This document shows, piece after piece, positions 1 through 7,810 of a stretch of DNA of 28,330 nucleotides. The number at the start of each line of letters is the position of its first letter. Positions within the stretch are counted from its first letter, which is position 1. A program made the position numbers and the translations under genes. Where the stretch lies: NCBI GenBank assembly GCA_031411295.1, contig JANOAV010000071.1, positions 1-28,330 of the forward strand, written 5' to 3'. This stretch comes from Verrucomicrobiales bacterium. Lineage in GTDB: Bacteria; Verrucomicrobiota; Verrucomicrobiia; Verrucomicrobiales; V1-33. The notes beneath the pieces are model-generated. The model did no database searches, was not told the DNA's origin, and saw nothing but the letters and a program-made list of their open reading frames with translations.

Positions 1-55
1 CTGCACCGGTAGCTCAGTGGTAGAGCGCATAGCATACTCCGGTCACTTGTTCTCC
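1..55 (+). ncRNA. 3' half of a tRNA-like bacterial Y RNA (YrlA-type), truncated by the window edge
   Basis: GCACCGG(3-9)-TA-GCTC-AGTGGTA-GAGC(12-26) is a canonical tRNA acceptor 5' strand plus D-arm. No anticodon arm or TTCGA T-arm follows; instead there is a pyrimidine-rich tail ACTCCGGTCACTTGTTCTCC. A D-arm near the 3' end fits the permuted tRNA-like module of YrlA RNAs, and the element lies upstream of a TROVE/Ro60 gene. Confidence 0.7.
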
Positions 56-66
56 TTGGATTCCTC

Positions 67-168
67 GTGGCATGGGCGTCCCGCCCATAGGCCAGAGTGA
101 CCAAGACAATCTTCGCGCTTTAGGACGAGGTCACGATGCTAGGCTTATGGGCGGGACGCCCATGCCAC
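67..168. repeat. REP/REPIN-like long inverted repeat
   Basis: GTGGCATGGGCGTCCCGCCCATA (67-89) is the exact reverse complement of TATGGGCGGGACGCCCATGCCAC (146-168). Each arm is itself an imperfect palindrome. Inner GTGACC/GGTCAC (97-102/129-134) can also pair. Confidence 0.85.
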
Positions 169-192
169 TTTTATTTTCCGAAAAACACAACC

Positions 193-300
193 GAGCAGGG
201 TAGTGAGATTCGAGCTACTTCGGGAATCAGTGTGCTGACTTCGTATATCAGCGCTGATCGGCCATTCTGGCCAGTGACTAGATCAACTTCCTCCCTGTTC
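193..300 (+). ncRNA. Putative Y RNA-like ncRNA without the tRNA-like D-arm module, directly upstream of the Ro60 gene
   Basis: The termini pair: GAGCAGGG(193-200)/CCCTGTTC(293-300), continued by an interrupted stem (AGT/ACT, GAT/ATC, AG/CT). Two internal hairpins lie at 226-258 and 260-272 (GGCCA-TTC-TGGCC). The 3' strand shares TCA(A)CTT with the element at 1-55. It is flanked by A-rich spacers and ends 23 nt before the TROVE start codon. Confidence 0.6.
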
Positions 301-323
301 CAAAAATAGAAAGAACCGCTAAC

Positions 324-1733
324 ATGCGATTCAACATCCCAGCCTTGGGGCGATCCCGAGGCAACACTGTGAACTTGGCGGGTGGTGCCGCCTTCACGGA
401 AACTGCCAAGTTGGAACTCGCATCGCTGATGCTGACGTCCACCCTGACAGATAAATATTACGCCAGCGGGAACCAGGAAGCTGCGCGACTCAAGCGGTTA
501 ATTGCCGAGCAACCGGACAAGAAATTTGTGGCCAAGGCCGCGCTCTATGCTCGGCGTGAAGCCGGATTGCGCAGCATTTCCCATCTGGTCGCAGCCGAGT
601 TGGCACGCAGCGTGAAGGGCGCGGACTGGACGGCAAATTTCTTTGCCTCCGTGGTTCGTCGCCCCGATGATGCGTTGGAAATTCTGTCCTGCTATCTGGC
701 GCAGTATGGCCGCCCGATTCCTAACATCCTCAAGAAAGGCCTGGGTCGGGCGCTGACAGCGTTTGATGAATACCAACTGGCGAAATACCGCAAAGAGCAG
801 GCGGACCTCAGCTTGGTGGACGCGGTGAATTTGCTGCACCCTCCCGTTTCCGCTGCGTTGACCAAGCTCATGAAAGGCACGTTGCCAGCGGCTGACACTT
901 GGGAAACCAAGCTTACGCAAGCTGGTGCTGACGCTTCCGCCAAGTCGCAAGCCTGGGCGGAACTCGTGCGCAGCGGAAAGATCGGCTACTTCGCGCTGTT
1001 GCGGAATCTGCGGAACATTCTGGAAATGGCCCCTGAGGTCACACCGGAAGTCATTCGGTTACTGACGAATCCACAGTTGATTCGCCAGTCGCTGGTGATG
1101 CCGTTCCGCTTCACCACAGCTCTGGAAGCATTGGAAGCCAGCGCGCTGCCGCAAGCCAGCGTCGTGATGTCTGCCCTGAGCGATGCCGTGGACGTGGCTC
1201 TGGCTAACGTTCCGGTCTTTGCTGGTCGCACGTTGGTGGCGCTGGATACGTCCGGCTCCATGGCGGGTCGTCCCATCAAGATTGGAGCTTTGTTTGCCGC
1301 CACGTTGGCGAAATCCAACGGTGCTGATCTCATGCTCTTCAGTGGCGATGCGGATTACCTACCAGTGAATCGACGGGACTCCACGCTGAGCCTGGCAAAA
1401 TGGATCGAGTCCAAAGCGGCCATGTCCGCCACGAACTTCCACGCCATTTTCCAGCGAGCGAGGGGAGCTTACGACCGCATTATCCTGCTGAGCGACATGC
1501 AAGGCTGGGTGGGCCACGATGCCCCCACAAAGTCCTTCGAGGACTTCAAACAGCGCACGAACAGCGATCCCAAAGTGTTCTCGTTCGATTTGAACGGTCA
1601 CGGCACATTGATGTTTCCACAACGAAACGTCTATGCCCTGGCCGGCTTCTCGGACAGGACGCTGGAGACGCTGACGCTGCTCGACAGCGATCCACAGGCC
1701 TTGATCAAAATGATTGAGGCGGTGGCGTTGTAA
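324..1733 (+). CDS. rsr: TROVE domain protein (Ro60/Rsr ortholog) with C-terminal vWA domain
   Basis: 469 aa. N-terminal NLAGG motif; TROVE-type segments ALYARREAGLRS, RRPDD, FDEYQLAKY, WET and ALLRNLRN, PFRF; vWA MIDAS-like DTSGSM and a downstream ILLSDMQ. Confidence 0.92.
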   Translation: MRFNIPALGRSRGNTVNLAGGAAFTETAKLELASLMLTSTLTDKYYASGNQEAARLKRLIAEQPDKKFVAKAALYARREAGLRSISHLVAAELARSVKGADWTANFFASVVRRPDDALEILSCYLAQYGRPIPNILKKGLGRALTAFDEYQLAKYRKEQADLSLVDAVNLLHPPVSAALTKLMKGTLPAADTWETKLTQAGADASAKSQAWAELVRSGKIGYFALLRNLRNILEMAPEVTPEVIRLLTNPQLIRQSLVMPFRFTTALEALEASALPQASVVMSALSDAVDVALANVPVFAGRTLVALDTSGSMAGRPIKIGALFAATLAKSNGADLMLFSGDADYLPVNRRDSTLSLAKWIESKAAMSATNFHAIFQRARGAYDRIILLSDMQGWVGHDAPTKSFEDFKQRTNSDPKVFSFDLNGHGTLMFPQRNVYALAGFSDRTLETLTLLDSDPQALIKMIEAVAL

Positions 1734-1767
1734 TTGGTTTGTTTTTGGTAATACGGAGAACACAACA

Positions 1768-1809
1768 GAAGGGGCGCCCGTCTGCGCAGGCAGGCGGGCG
1801 CTTTTTGTT
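1768..1809 (+). terminator. Rho-independent terminator after the TROVE gene
   Basis: GC-rich stem GCGCCCGTCTGC-GCAG-GCAGGCGGGCGC followed by TTTTTGTT. Confidence 0.75.
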
Positions 1810-1815
1810 GAGTCC

Positions 1816-1910
1816 GGAAAGGACCAAAGGGACTTAAGAGACGTGAAGGACATAAATGACAACCATGTCAATTCTGACCCCTTAGTCCCTTTAGTCCCTT
1901 TTGTCCTTCC
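1816..1910. repeat. Inverted array of degenerate 9-bp tandem units (AAGGGACTA-like / TAGTCCCTT-like)
   Basis: Left arm has GAC at 9-nt periodicity (aaggaccaa agggactta agagacgtg aaggacata aatgac). Right arm is the complementary series (gtcaattct gacccctta gtcccttta gtccctttt gtccttcc), separated by a 6-nt loop. Confidence 0.7.
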
Positions 1911-2012
1911 CCCCCTTTAGAAAATGAGCGAACACCACAACCGCGTAACCTCCCAAAATAGTCACAAATTATTTACTAGAAATTCCCCTGAAAGGAGATA
2001 TGATCAAATTCC

Positions 2013-2597
2013 ATGAGCGATGTATTAAGCAAAGCGACGGTGTTGGTTCTTAACCGGAACTGGCAGGCCATTAACGTGAAGTCCCCCCAAGAAGCTTTTG
2101 GGATGCTTGCCACGGACACAGCAACAGCGCTGGATATTGGCGACGACGGAGGGATGCAGCCCGTGAGATTTTCCGACTGGATGAAACTTCCCGTCCGTGA
2201 GACCGACAACGTGGTCCGCACCGTGAAAGGCCCCATCCGGGTGCCCACCGTGATCGTCCTGTCCAACTTCTCCAAGGTGCCCAAGAAGCGACCGAAGTTC
2301 GGCAACCGGGGCATCTGGGAGCGGGATGGCGGACGCTGCCAATACACCGGCAAGGTCCTGAAACCGGGCGAAGGCAACATCGACCACGTGGTGCCGCGGA
2401 GCCGTGGCGGCCAATCCACTTGGGAAAACTGCGTGCTAGCGCACAAGGACGTCAACAGTCGGAAGGGCAGTCGATCCCCGGAGGAGGCCGGCCTGCGATT
2501 GCTCCGCAAGCCAACCGCCCCACGGGAAGTGCCGGTTTCCGCGCTGATCAAAAATCAGCACCGGGTCAAGGACTGGGAACTGTTCCTGGCGCACTGA
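2013..2597 (+). CDS. HNH endonuclease (McrA/HNH_5-like)
   Basis: 194 aa. N-terminal VLVLNRNW and IRVPTVIVL; core RDGGRCQYTG...NIDHVVPRSRGG...TWENCVLAHKDVNSRKGSRSPEEAGL with catalytic DH, N and N positions retained. Confidence 0.9.
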   Translation: MSDVLSKATVLVLNRNWQAINVKSPQEAFGMLATDTATALDIGDDGGMQPVRFSDWMKLPVRETDNVVRTVKGPIRVPTVIVLSNFSKVPKKRPKFGNRGIWERDGGRCQYTGKVLKPGEGNIDHVVPRSRGGQSTWENCVLAHKDVNSRKGSRSPEEAGLRLLRKPTAPREVPVSALIKNQHRVKDWELFLAH

Positions 2598-2648
2598 TTC
2601 GATCAGTTTGGTTACACTTCGGGTTGAGGCCTTTGACTGCTGGCTTTA

Positions 2649-2742
2649 CGTAGTAATGGGCTTTAGCCCGCAGGCATGTCTGGGGCGGATTCTGACGCCT
2701 GATTCACGGGGAGGGTTCGACGGACTGAAGCCCTGGACTACG
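2649..2742. repeat. REP doublet (GTAG-type), imperfect inverted repeat
   Basis: CGTAGTAATGGGCTTTAGCCCG (2649-2670) pairs imperfectly with CGGACTGAAGCCCTGGACTACG (2721-2742). Both arms have GTAG/CTAC ends and an internal palindrome. Confidence 0.7.
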
Positions 2743-2843
2743 GATCTTCAGACGCTAGGGCGGGCCTACCCTTCTGGCAGGATTTTTTAATGCACGGCAA
2801 GAATTTTCCGGCAAATTGAATTGCTTGTGCTACTAGTCCGACC

Positions 2844-4160
2844 GTGTCCACGCCCACCACTCCAGATCCTACCTCCATGCAGGAAACATCCCCCACACCA
2901 CCCGGTCCATTTCAGAAAAAGGTTCTCTGGATGGCCATTACGGGAACGGCCATGGTCACGATCGGAGCTTTGGCGGTCTTTGTGATTGGCGTGCTGGCGG
3001 ACGTTTTGCGTTTTCTTCAGACGGTGCTCGTGCCGTTGGCCTTTGCGGGCATCCTGGCCTATCTCTTGGAACCGCTGGTCAAGCGCTTGGCGGCAAGAGG
3101 CACACCGCGTTTTCGAGCCATGATTTGGATCTTTTCCTTGTTTCATGTGCTGATGCTCTTTCTCTTCATTTCCGTAGTAGCGCCCACGCTGGGTCATGTG
3201 GGACGCTGGGCCGGGAAACAGAATCGCGCCACGTTAGTAACCGGAGTTGAAAATACGCTGGATCAAGTTCTGGGCCCCCTGGAGCAGTTTTTCTCGCCCG
3301 CTAAAAAAGCCGATCCCCTACCTGAGACGCCAAAGGTCGCAGCAACTGCCAGCAAGGATCCTAAGCCAACTGCCGAACCGCCGCCAGCCCCAAGCCGGTG
3401 GTGGAAAGAATGGCTCTCCGACCCGGACCATTCCAGCGTGGTGGGCAAGCGAGTGGCGGTGTGGATCGACTCTGCCTTGGAGGGATTCCTGGGGCTCTTC
3501 GGCTATCTGGTGGGCTTCATCATGGTGCCGCTCTATCTCTATTATTTTTTGAAAGAGGCCGACTCGATCCGCCGGAATTGGGATCAATTCCTGCCGTTGC
3601 GTGCTTCCGCTTTCAAGACAGAACTGGTTAGCGTTCTCAACGAGATCAACGGTTACCTCATCGCCTTCTTCCGCGGTTCCATGCTGGTGAGCCTGATCGA
3701 TGGAGCCTTGGTTGGTCTGGCGCTCATGATTTTGCGCCTCCCCTACGCACCGCTGATTGGCGTATGTGTGGCGCTGCTGGGACTGTTGCCCTATGTGGGC
3801 ACCATTTTATGCTGGGCGGCGGCGGTGTTCATTGGGGTGATTCACTTCGGAATTCCAGAAAATCGATGGGAAGCCGTGCCGCAACTCTGGGCCTATCCGC
3901 TAATCATTACTGTTATCTTCGCGCTGGTGATGAAGATCAACGCGCTGGTGACCGCCCCCAAGATCATTGGCGAGGCGGTGGGCTTGCATCCGTTGACGGT
4001 TATTTTCTCCGTGTTGTTCTGGAGCCTGCTGCTGGGACCGTTACTGGGCGCTTTGTTAGCAGTTCCACTGAGTGCGTCGGTCAAGGTTCTCTTCCGACGC
4101 TTCATCTGGGAACGCAATCGCCCGGCCCGACGCGGCAGCGCTGAGGCGCAGATGACTTGA
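2844..4160 (+). CDS. AI-2E family (PerM-like) membrane transporter
   Basis: Multiple hydrophobic segments; motifs LAYLLEPLV, YYFLKE, LLPYVG, PKIIGEAVGLHP and LGALLAVPL typical of the family. Confidence 0.88.
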   Translation: MSTPTTPDPTSMQETSPTPPGPFQKKVLWMAITGTAMVTIGALAVFVIGVLADVLRFLQTVLVPLAFAGILAYLLEPLVKRLAARGTPRFRAMIWIFSLFHVLMLFLFISVVAPTLGHVGRWAGKQNRATLVTGVENTLDQVLGPLEQFFSPAKKADPLPETPKVAATASKDPKPTAEPPPAPSRWWKEWLSDPDHSSVVGKRVAVWIDSALEGFLGLFGYLVGFIMVPLYLYYFLKEADSIRRNWDQFLPLRASAFKTELVSVLNEINGYLIAFFRGSMLVSLIDGALVGLALMILRLPYAPLIGVCVALLGLLPYVGTILCWAAAVFIGVIHFGIPENRWEAVPQLWAYPLIITVIFALVMKINALVTAPKIIGEAVGLHPLTVIFSVLFWSLLLGPLLGALLAVPLSASVKVLFRRFIWERNRPARRGSAEAQMT

Positions 4161-4171
4161 AATTCAAGATC

Positions 4172-4849
4172 TTACCCCCGACGACGCTCCAGCAAGCAGA
4201 GCATGAAGAACGACAGGATCAAATTCAGCGTCTCACGATCCGTGGCAGCACTCACCCGCTCGATGGCGAAGCGGCCTTCGAGGAAGGCAGGTTGCTTCGT
4301 CACTTTTATTGCTAGCGCACCGTCTGACTTACGGGTGGCGCCATAACTGGGATGGAACAAATATAGCGTGAGGAGACCGATCAAGGGAATGGAGCCCACC
4401 AGGCCATCGATAAATTTCGCCCATGGATTGGTTTCCCTAATTTCAAAATCAGGCACTTCGTCTCCTGGGTTAAAGACATCGTAAGAGACTCGCCACAAGC
4501 TGCGCATCCCCATGCGTTTGGAACTACCGATTTCCCGGCCATCGGGTTCGGTGAAACGATAACGCGCAGACCAGTCAATGATTTTGTCGGCCCGGATCTC
4601 GGCCACCTTGATTTGACGTGCTTCATCGCCAAAGATCTCCACGTGTTCCTTTAGCTTGAAGAGCTTTTGCCGCACTACGAGCACAACCCGTCCGGTCGCA
4701 TCGGTGATTTTTACCGTGGGGGCGAAGGTGAATACTTTGAACGTCATCCGGAGCGGAAACTGCACGCCCTGGAGGATGGGCATCATATCTGCGCTGGCAG
4801 GGAGCGATTGGGCGAAAGCAGGCGGTGCGTAGGGATTTTCAGGAATCAT
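4172..4849 (-). CDS. LURP-one/tubby-C (scramblase-like) fold protein
   Basis: 225 aa; repeated beta-strand pattern (VKITDATGRVVLVVRQKLFKLKEHVEIF, YRFTEPDGREIG) and a C-terminal hydrophobic helix; N-terminal NPYAPP motif. Confidence 0.55.
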   Translation of the reverse strand: MIPENPYAPPAFAQSLPASADMMPILQGVQFPLRMTFKVFTFAPTVKITDATGRVVLVVRQKLFKLKEHVEIFGDEARQIKVAEIRADKIIDWSARYRFTEPDGREIGSSKRMGMRSLWRVSYDVFNPGDEVPDFEIRETNPWAKFIDGLVGSIPLIGLLTLYLFHPSYGATRKSDGALAIKVTKQPAFLEGRFAIERVSAATDRETLNLILSFFMLCLLERRRG

Positions 4850-4989
4850 CCTGCCCTTTAGCGCATCTCTGGGATTTCGCTAATCCAAATGTTGGCGTGA
4901 CTGCTACCAGGTCACAGCGGTGGGATTGCTCGGGACGAGGGCGGCCCTGATACACTGTTTGAGAGCGAGGGCGTTCCCGCTACGTTACG

Positions 4990-7527
4990 CTAGGCATTTC
5001 CCCGCACCCGGGCGATGATCGGGCTCACGCTGAGGTAGCGTTTGATGACTGCGTTCACTTCGTCCACGGAAATGGATTTGATCCGCGCCAGCGCTTCCTT
5101 GCGATGATCGTAGCCGAAGCCGTAGAGTTCGTCCAACACGACCACTTCCGCCAAGCCGTTGAGACTTTGGGCCTGCATGGCGTGCTTCCCGGTCAGACTC
5201 ATGCGGGCCCGATCCAGTTCTGCGGGTTCCAACCCGTGCTCCATGAGTTTGGAAATTTCCTTCAGGAGTTCCTCTTGAGCGAACTCCAGTTGTTCCGGTG
5301 CGGTGCTCAAATGGAAGACCAGCGCGCCCCGCACCATGCCCAGCATTTGCGAGGCCCCTACACTGTAGGCCAGACCGAGTTCCTCGCGAATCCTGACGAA
5401 CATTCGGCTGGCCATATCGCTGCAGGTTTCATCGATCAAATCCAGGGCGGTGCGGTCTGGGTGCGCCATATCCACGGTGGGATAGGCCACTGCGAGCACC
5501 GCTTGCTTCTTCTCCTTGGTCACTTCGGAGAATTTCCCGCTCGGGTCAGGCAAGGTTGCCAGATGCTTGGGATCACGCCGGGCGCCTGCGGGGAAGCCGC
5601 CGAGACGACCACCCACCCGCTCCACAATGTCGGCAAATCGCACATCACCAAAGACCGCCAGCACGGCATTGCCGGCTACGACCTGCTCCCGATGGAATCC
5701 ACGCAACTGTTCTGCGGTCAGACTAGCCACACTTTCGGCCACCCCATTGCGACTCATGTGATAGGGATGTTCGCCATATAAATGGCGACGCAATTCGCGA
5801 TAGGCCACCATGGTGAGATGATCTTCCTCAGACTTGATGGCCGCCAGTTGGCGTTCCTTTTCCCGCGCCACTTCAGAATCCGAGAAATGCGGCAGCAACA
5901 AGCAATCGCTCCACAATTCAAGTCCCAGCGAGAGATCCGGCGTGAGCACGCCAGCATAACACGAAAAACTATTCGCGCCAGAGTCCGCCGACAAACTCCC
6001 GCCCCGGGCTTCGATGAGCGAGGCCATTTCCTCCGCAGAATGTCCGCCCGCGCCCTTAGTTAGGGTGCGTGCCATCAGTCGCCCGAGGCCATTCGTAGCT
6101 GGCGTTTCCTCCAGCACGCCCCCGCGCAAAGCCGCCTGTAGATGCACCATCGGGAGCCGATCGTCCTCCTTCACTAGCAACGTCAGACCATTGGCAAAGA
6201 CATGCTTTTGAATTTCTTTGGCCTTTGTGGAGGAACTCACCCGAGTCGTCGCCTGCGCGGTTCCCTTGGGGTTCAGCGAGACAATGGTAAGGTGCTTCTC
6301 AATCAGATACTTCTGCGCCACCGCCTGCACTTGCTCGGCAGTGACGTGGTCCACTGCCGTCAGATAGTCCTTCGTGAAATCAAGATTCCCCGTCGTCATC
6401 CAACTGCTGGCCAGATCCGAAGCCAACCCGCGCGTAGTCGTTAGTGAACTCAATTGATCTGCCAGGAAAATACGCCGCGCCTTGGCGACTTCACTTTCAG
6501 AAACACCCCCCTGCTGCAATTTATCCAACTGCTCCATCACCGCTTCTGTAGCCGCCACCCGATGCTGCGGATCCAACTGTGCGCCCACATAGAAAAGCCC
6601 GCCCTGAGTCGGCGTGTAAGCCCCCGCGCCAATCTCATGGACCAAGCCCCGACGTTCCCGCAGTTCCTGATGCAGGCGCGAGCTGCGGCCCTGGCCCAGC
6701 AGGACGCCCAGCACTTCCAGCGCTGGCGTGTCCCGATGGAGTAAATCTGGAATCCGCCAGGCGAGTTCCATCCGGGTTAGTTCGGTCACGAAATCGAGAT
6801 GCTGCTCGCGACGCCCCATTTGCGTGGGTTCGGCAGGCAGAATCACGGACGCCATCATGCGATTCGTCTTCGTCCCAAGCCGTGCGGCCACGGCCTCCAG
6901 CACCACCTCCGTGTTAATGTCCCCGGCAATGACCATGAACGTTTTCTCCGGCGTATAGCGTTCTTGATAGTAGCCGAACGCCTGATCCCGCGTGACTTGA
7001 TTGAAGAGGTCCCGCCGGCCAATAATCGGCTCACGATACGGATGATCCCGGAAGACCGTGGAGAAGAGCAACTCCCCCAACGAACGGCCGGGATCGTCTT
7101 TGCCCATATCCATTTCCCGACGAATGACATCTTTCTCCCGTTCGTATTCCTCCTCGGGAAAGGTCGCCTCGCTGATGAGGGAAGCCACCACATCCAGCGC
7201 AATATCGAAGCCAGTTTGCAACGTGTCCACCCAGTAAACCGTCCGATCAAACGACGTGTAGGCATTTAAATAGCCACCAGAACCCTGCACCGCTTGCGCC
7301 AATTCCGTAGGCCCACGCGAACCCGCTCCTTTGAACACCAAGTGCTCCACCAGGTGAGACACCCCAGAGCCCAACAAAGCCGCCTCATACAGACTCCCAG
7401 TCCGCACCCACCCCTGCACGCTCACCAGCTCGGTGCCGGGCGTCTCTTTGACAATAATCTCCAAGCCGTTCTCGAGCCGGTGAATTACTGCATCTGTCTT
7501 GGGGAAGGAAATCGTCTCGTTATTCAT
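4990..7527 (-). CDS. M16 family (pitrilysin/PqqL-like) zinc peptidase, fused two-half form
   Basis: 845 aa. LENGL start, inverted zinc motif HLVEH, NAYTSFDRTVY and LRERRGLV. The second half repeats the fold (FANGL, IREELGLAYSV) without HxxEH. Confidence 0.92.
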   Translation of the reverse strand: MNNETISFPKTDAVIHRLENGLEIIVKETPGTELVSVQGWVRTGSLYEAALLGSGVSHLVEHLVFKGAGSRGPTELAQAVQGSGGYLNAYTSFDRTVYWVDTLQTGFDIALDVVASLISEATFPEEEYEREKDVIRREMDMGKDDPGRSLGELLFSTVFRDHPYREPIIGRRDLFNQVTRDQAFGYYQERYTPEKTFMVIAGDINTEVVLEAVAARLGTKTNRMMASVILPAEPTQMGRREQHLDFVTELTRMELAWRIPDLLHRDTPALEVLGVLLGQGRSSRLHQELRERRGLVHEIGAGAYTPTQGGLFYVGAQLDPQHRVAATEAVMEQLDKLQQGGVSESEVAKARRIFLADQLSSLTTTRGLASDLASSWMTTGNLDFTKDYLTAVDHVTAEQVQAVAQKYLIEKHLTIVSLNPKGTAQATTRVSSSTKAKEIQKHVFANGLTLLVKEDDRLPMVHLQAALRGGVLEETPATNGLGRLMARTLTKGAGGHSAEEMASLIEARGGSLSADSGANSFSCYAGVLTPDLSLGLELWSDCLLLPHFSDSEVAREKERQLAAIKSEEDHLTMVAYRELRRHLYGEHPYHMSRNGVAESVASLTAEQLRGFHREQVVAGNAVLAVFGDVRFADIVERVGGRLGGFPAGARRDPKHLATLPDPSGKFSEVTKEKKQAVLAVAYPTVDMAHPDRTALDLIDETCSDMASRMFVRIREELGLAYSVGASQMLGMVRGALVFHLSTAPEQLEFAQEELLKEISKLMEHGLEPAELDRARMSLTGKHAMQAQSLNGLAEVVVLDELYGFGYDHRKEALARIKSISVDEVNAVIKRYLSVSPIIARVRGNA

Positions 7528-7810
7528 TCCTTAGTCAGTGGCGCGACTTCCGGGAAATCTCAAACTTTATTCTCGACCATTCCTCATGGGGCGCTGGACC
7601 GAACGCCATTTCCTTCTTCTAAACCCACTCAGTAAACTTTCTCTACAAAAGTATTTGTCTTTTCTGAAATTAGTGAAATCTTGCCTCAGCAACGGAAACT
7701 TCCCTCCCGGCAAGTCCTTTGCAAAACAAACTCAACCTGTCACAGCTATGATTGACACCACGCAGACGCTACCTAAGAGTGCTTGTGAAAAAATTCACAA
7801 AGTCCCGCCC

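Noticed and set aside
3..80. Canonical tRNA gene
   Set aside because: Only the acceptor 5' strand and D-arm are present; no anticodon stem-loop, T-arm or 3' acceptor strand follows.
1816..1910. CRISPR array
   Set aside because: The units are 9 bp, degenerate, without spacers and arranged as an inverted pair; no cas genes are in the window.
2000..2053. Short out-of-frame ORF after AAAGGAG overlapping the HNH start
   Set aside because: The SD-to-ATG spacing is only 2 nt and the peptide is 17 aa with no other support.
2013..2790. HNH gene as an IscB/Cas9-like RNA-guided nuclease or group I intron homing endonuclease
   Set aside because: It is only 194 aa with no RuvC motifs or Arg-rich bridge helix; there is no interrupted host gene, and the downstream structure is a REP doublet.
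4965..4984. Solo GTAG-type REP arm on the minus strand
   Set aside because: No convincing partner arm and a weak palindrome; cannot be supported without genome-wide counts.
7538..7810. Long N-terminal extension of the polyprenyl synthase
   Set aside because: This is the AT-rich divergent promoter region only 10 bp from the M16 peptidase start; family similarity begins after ATG 7811.
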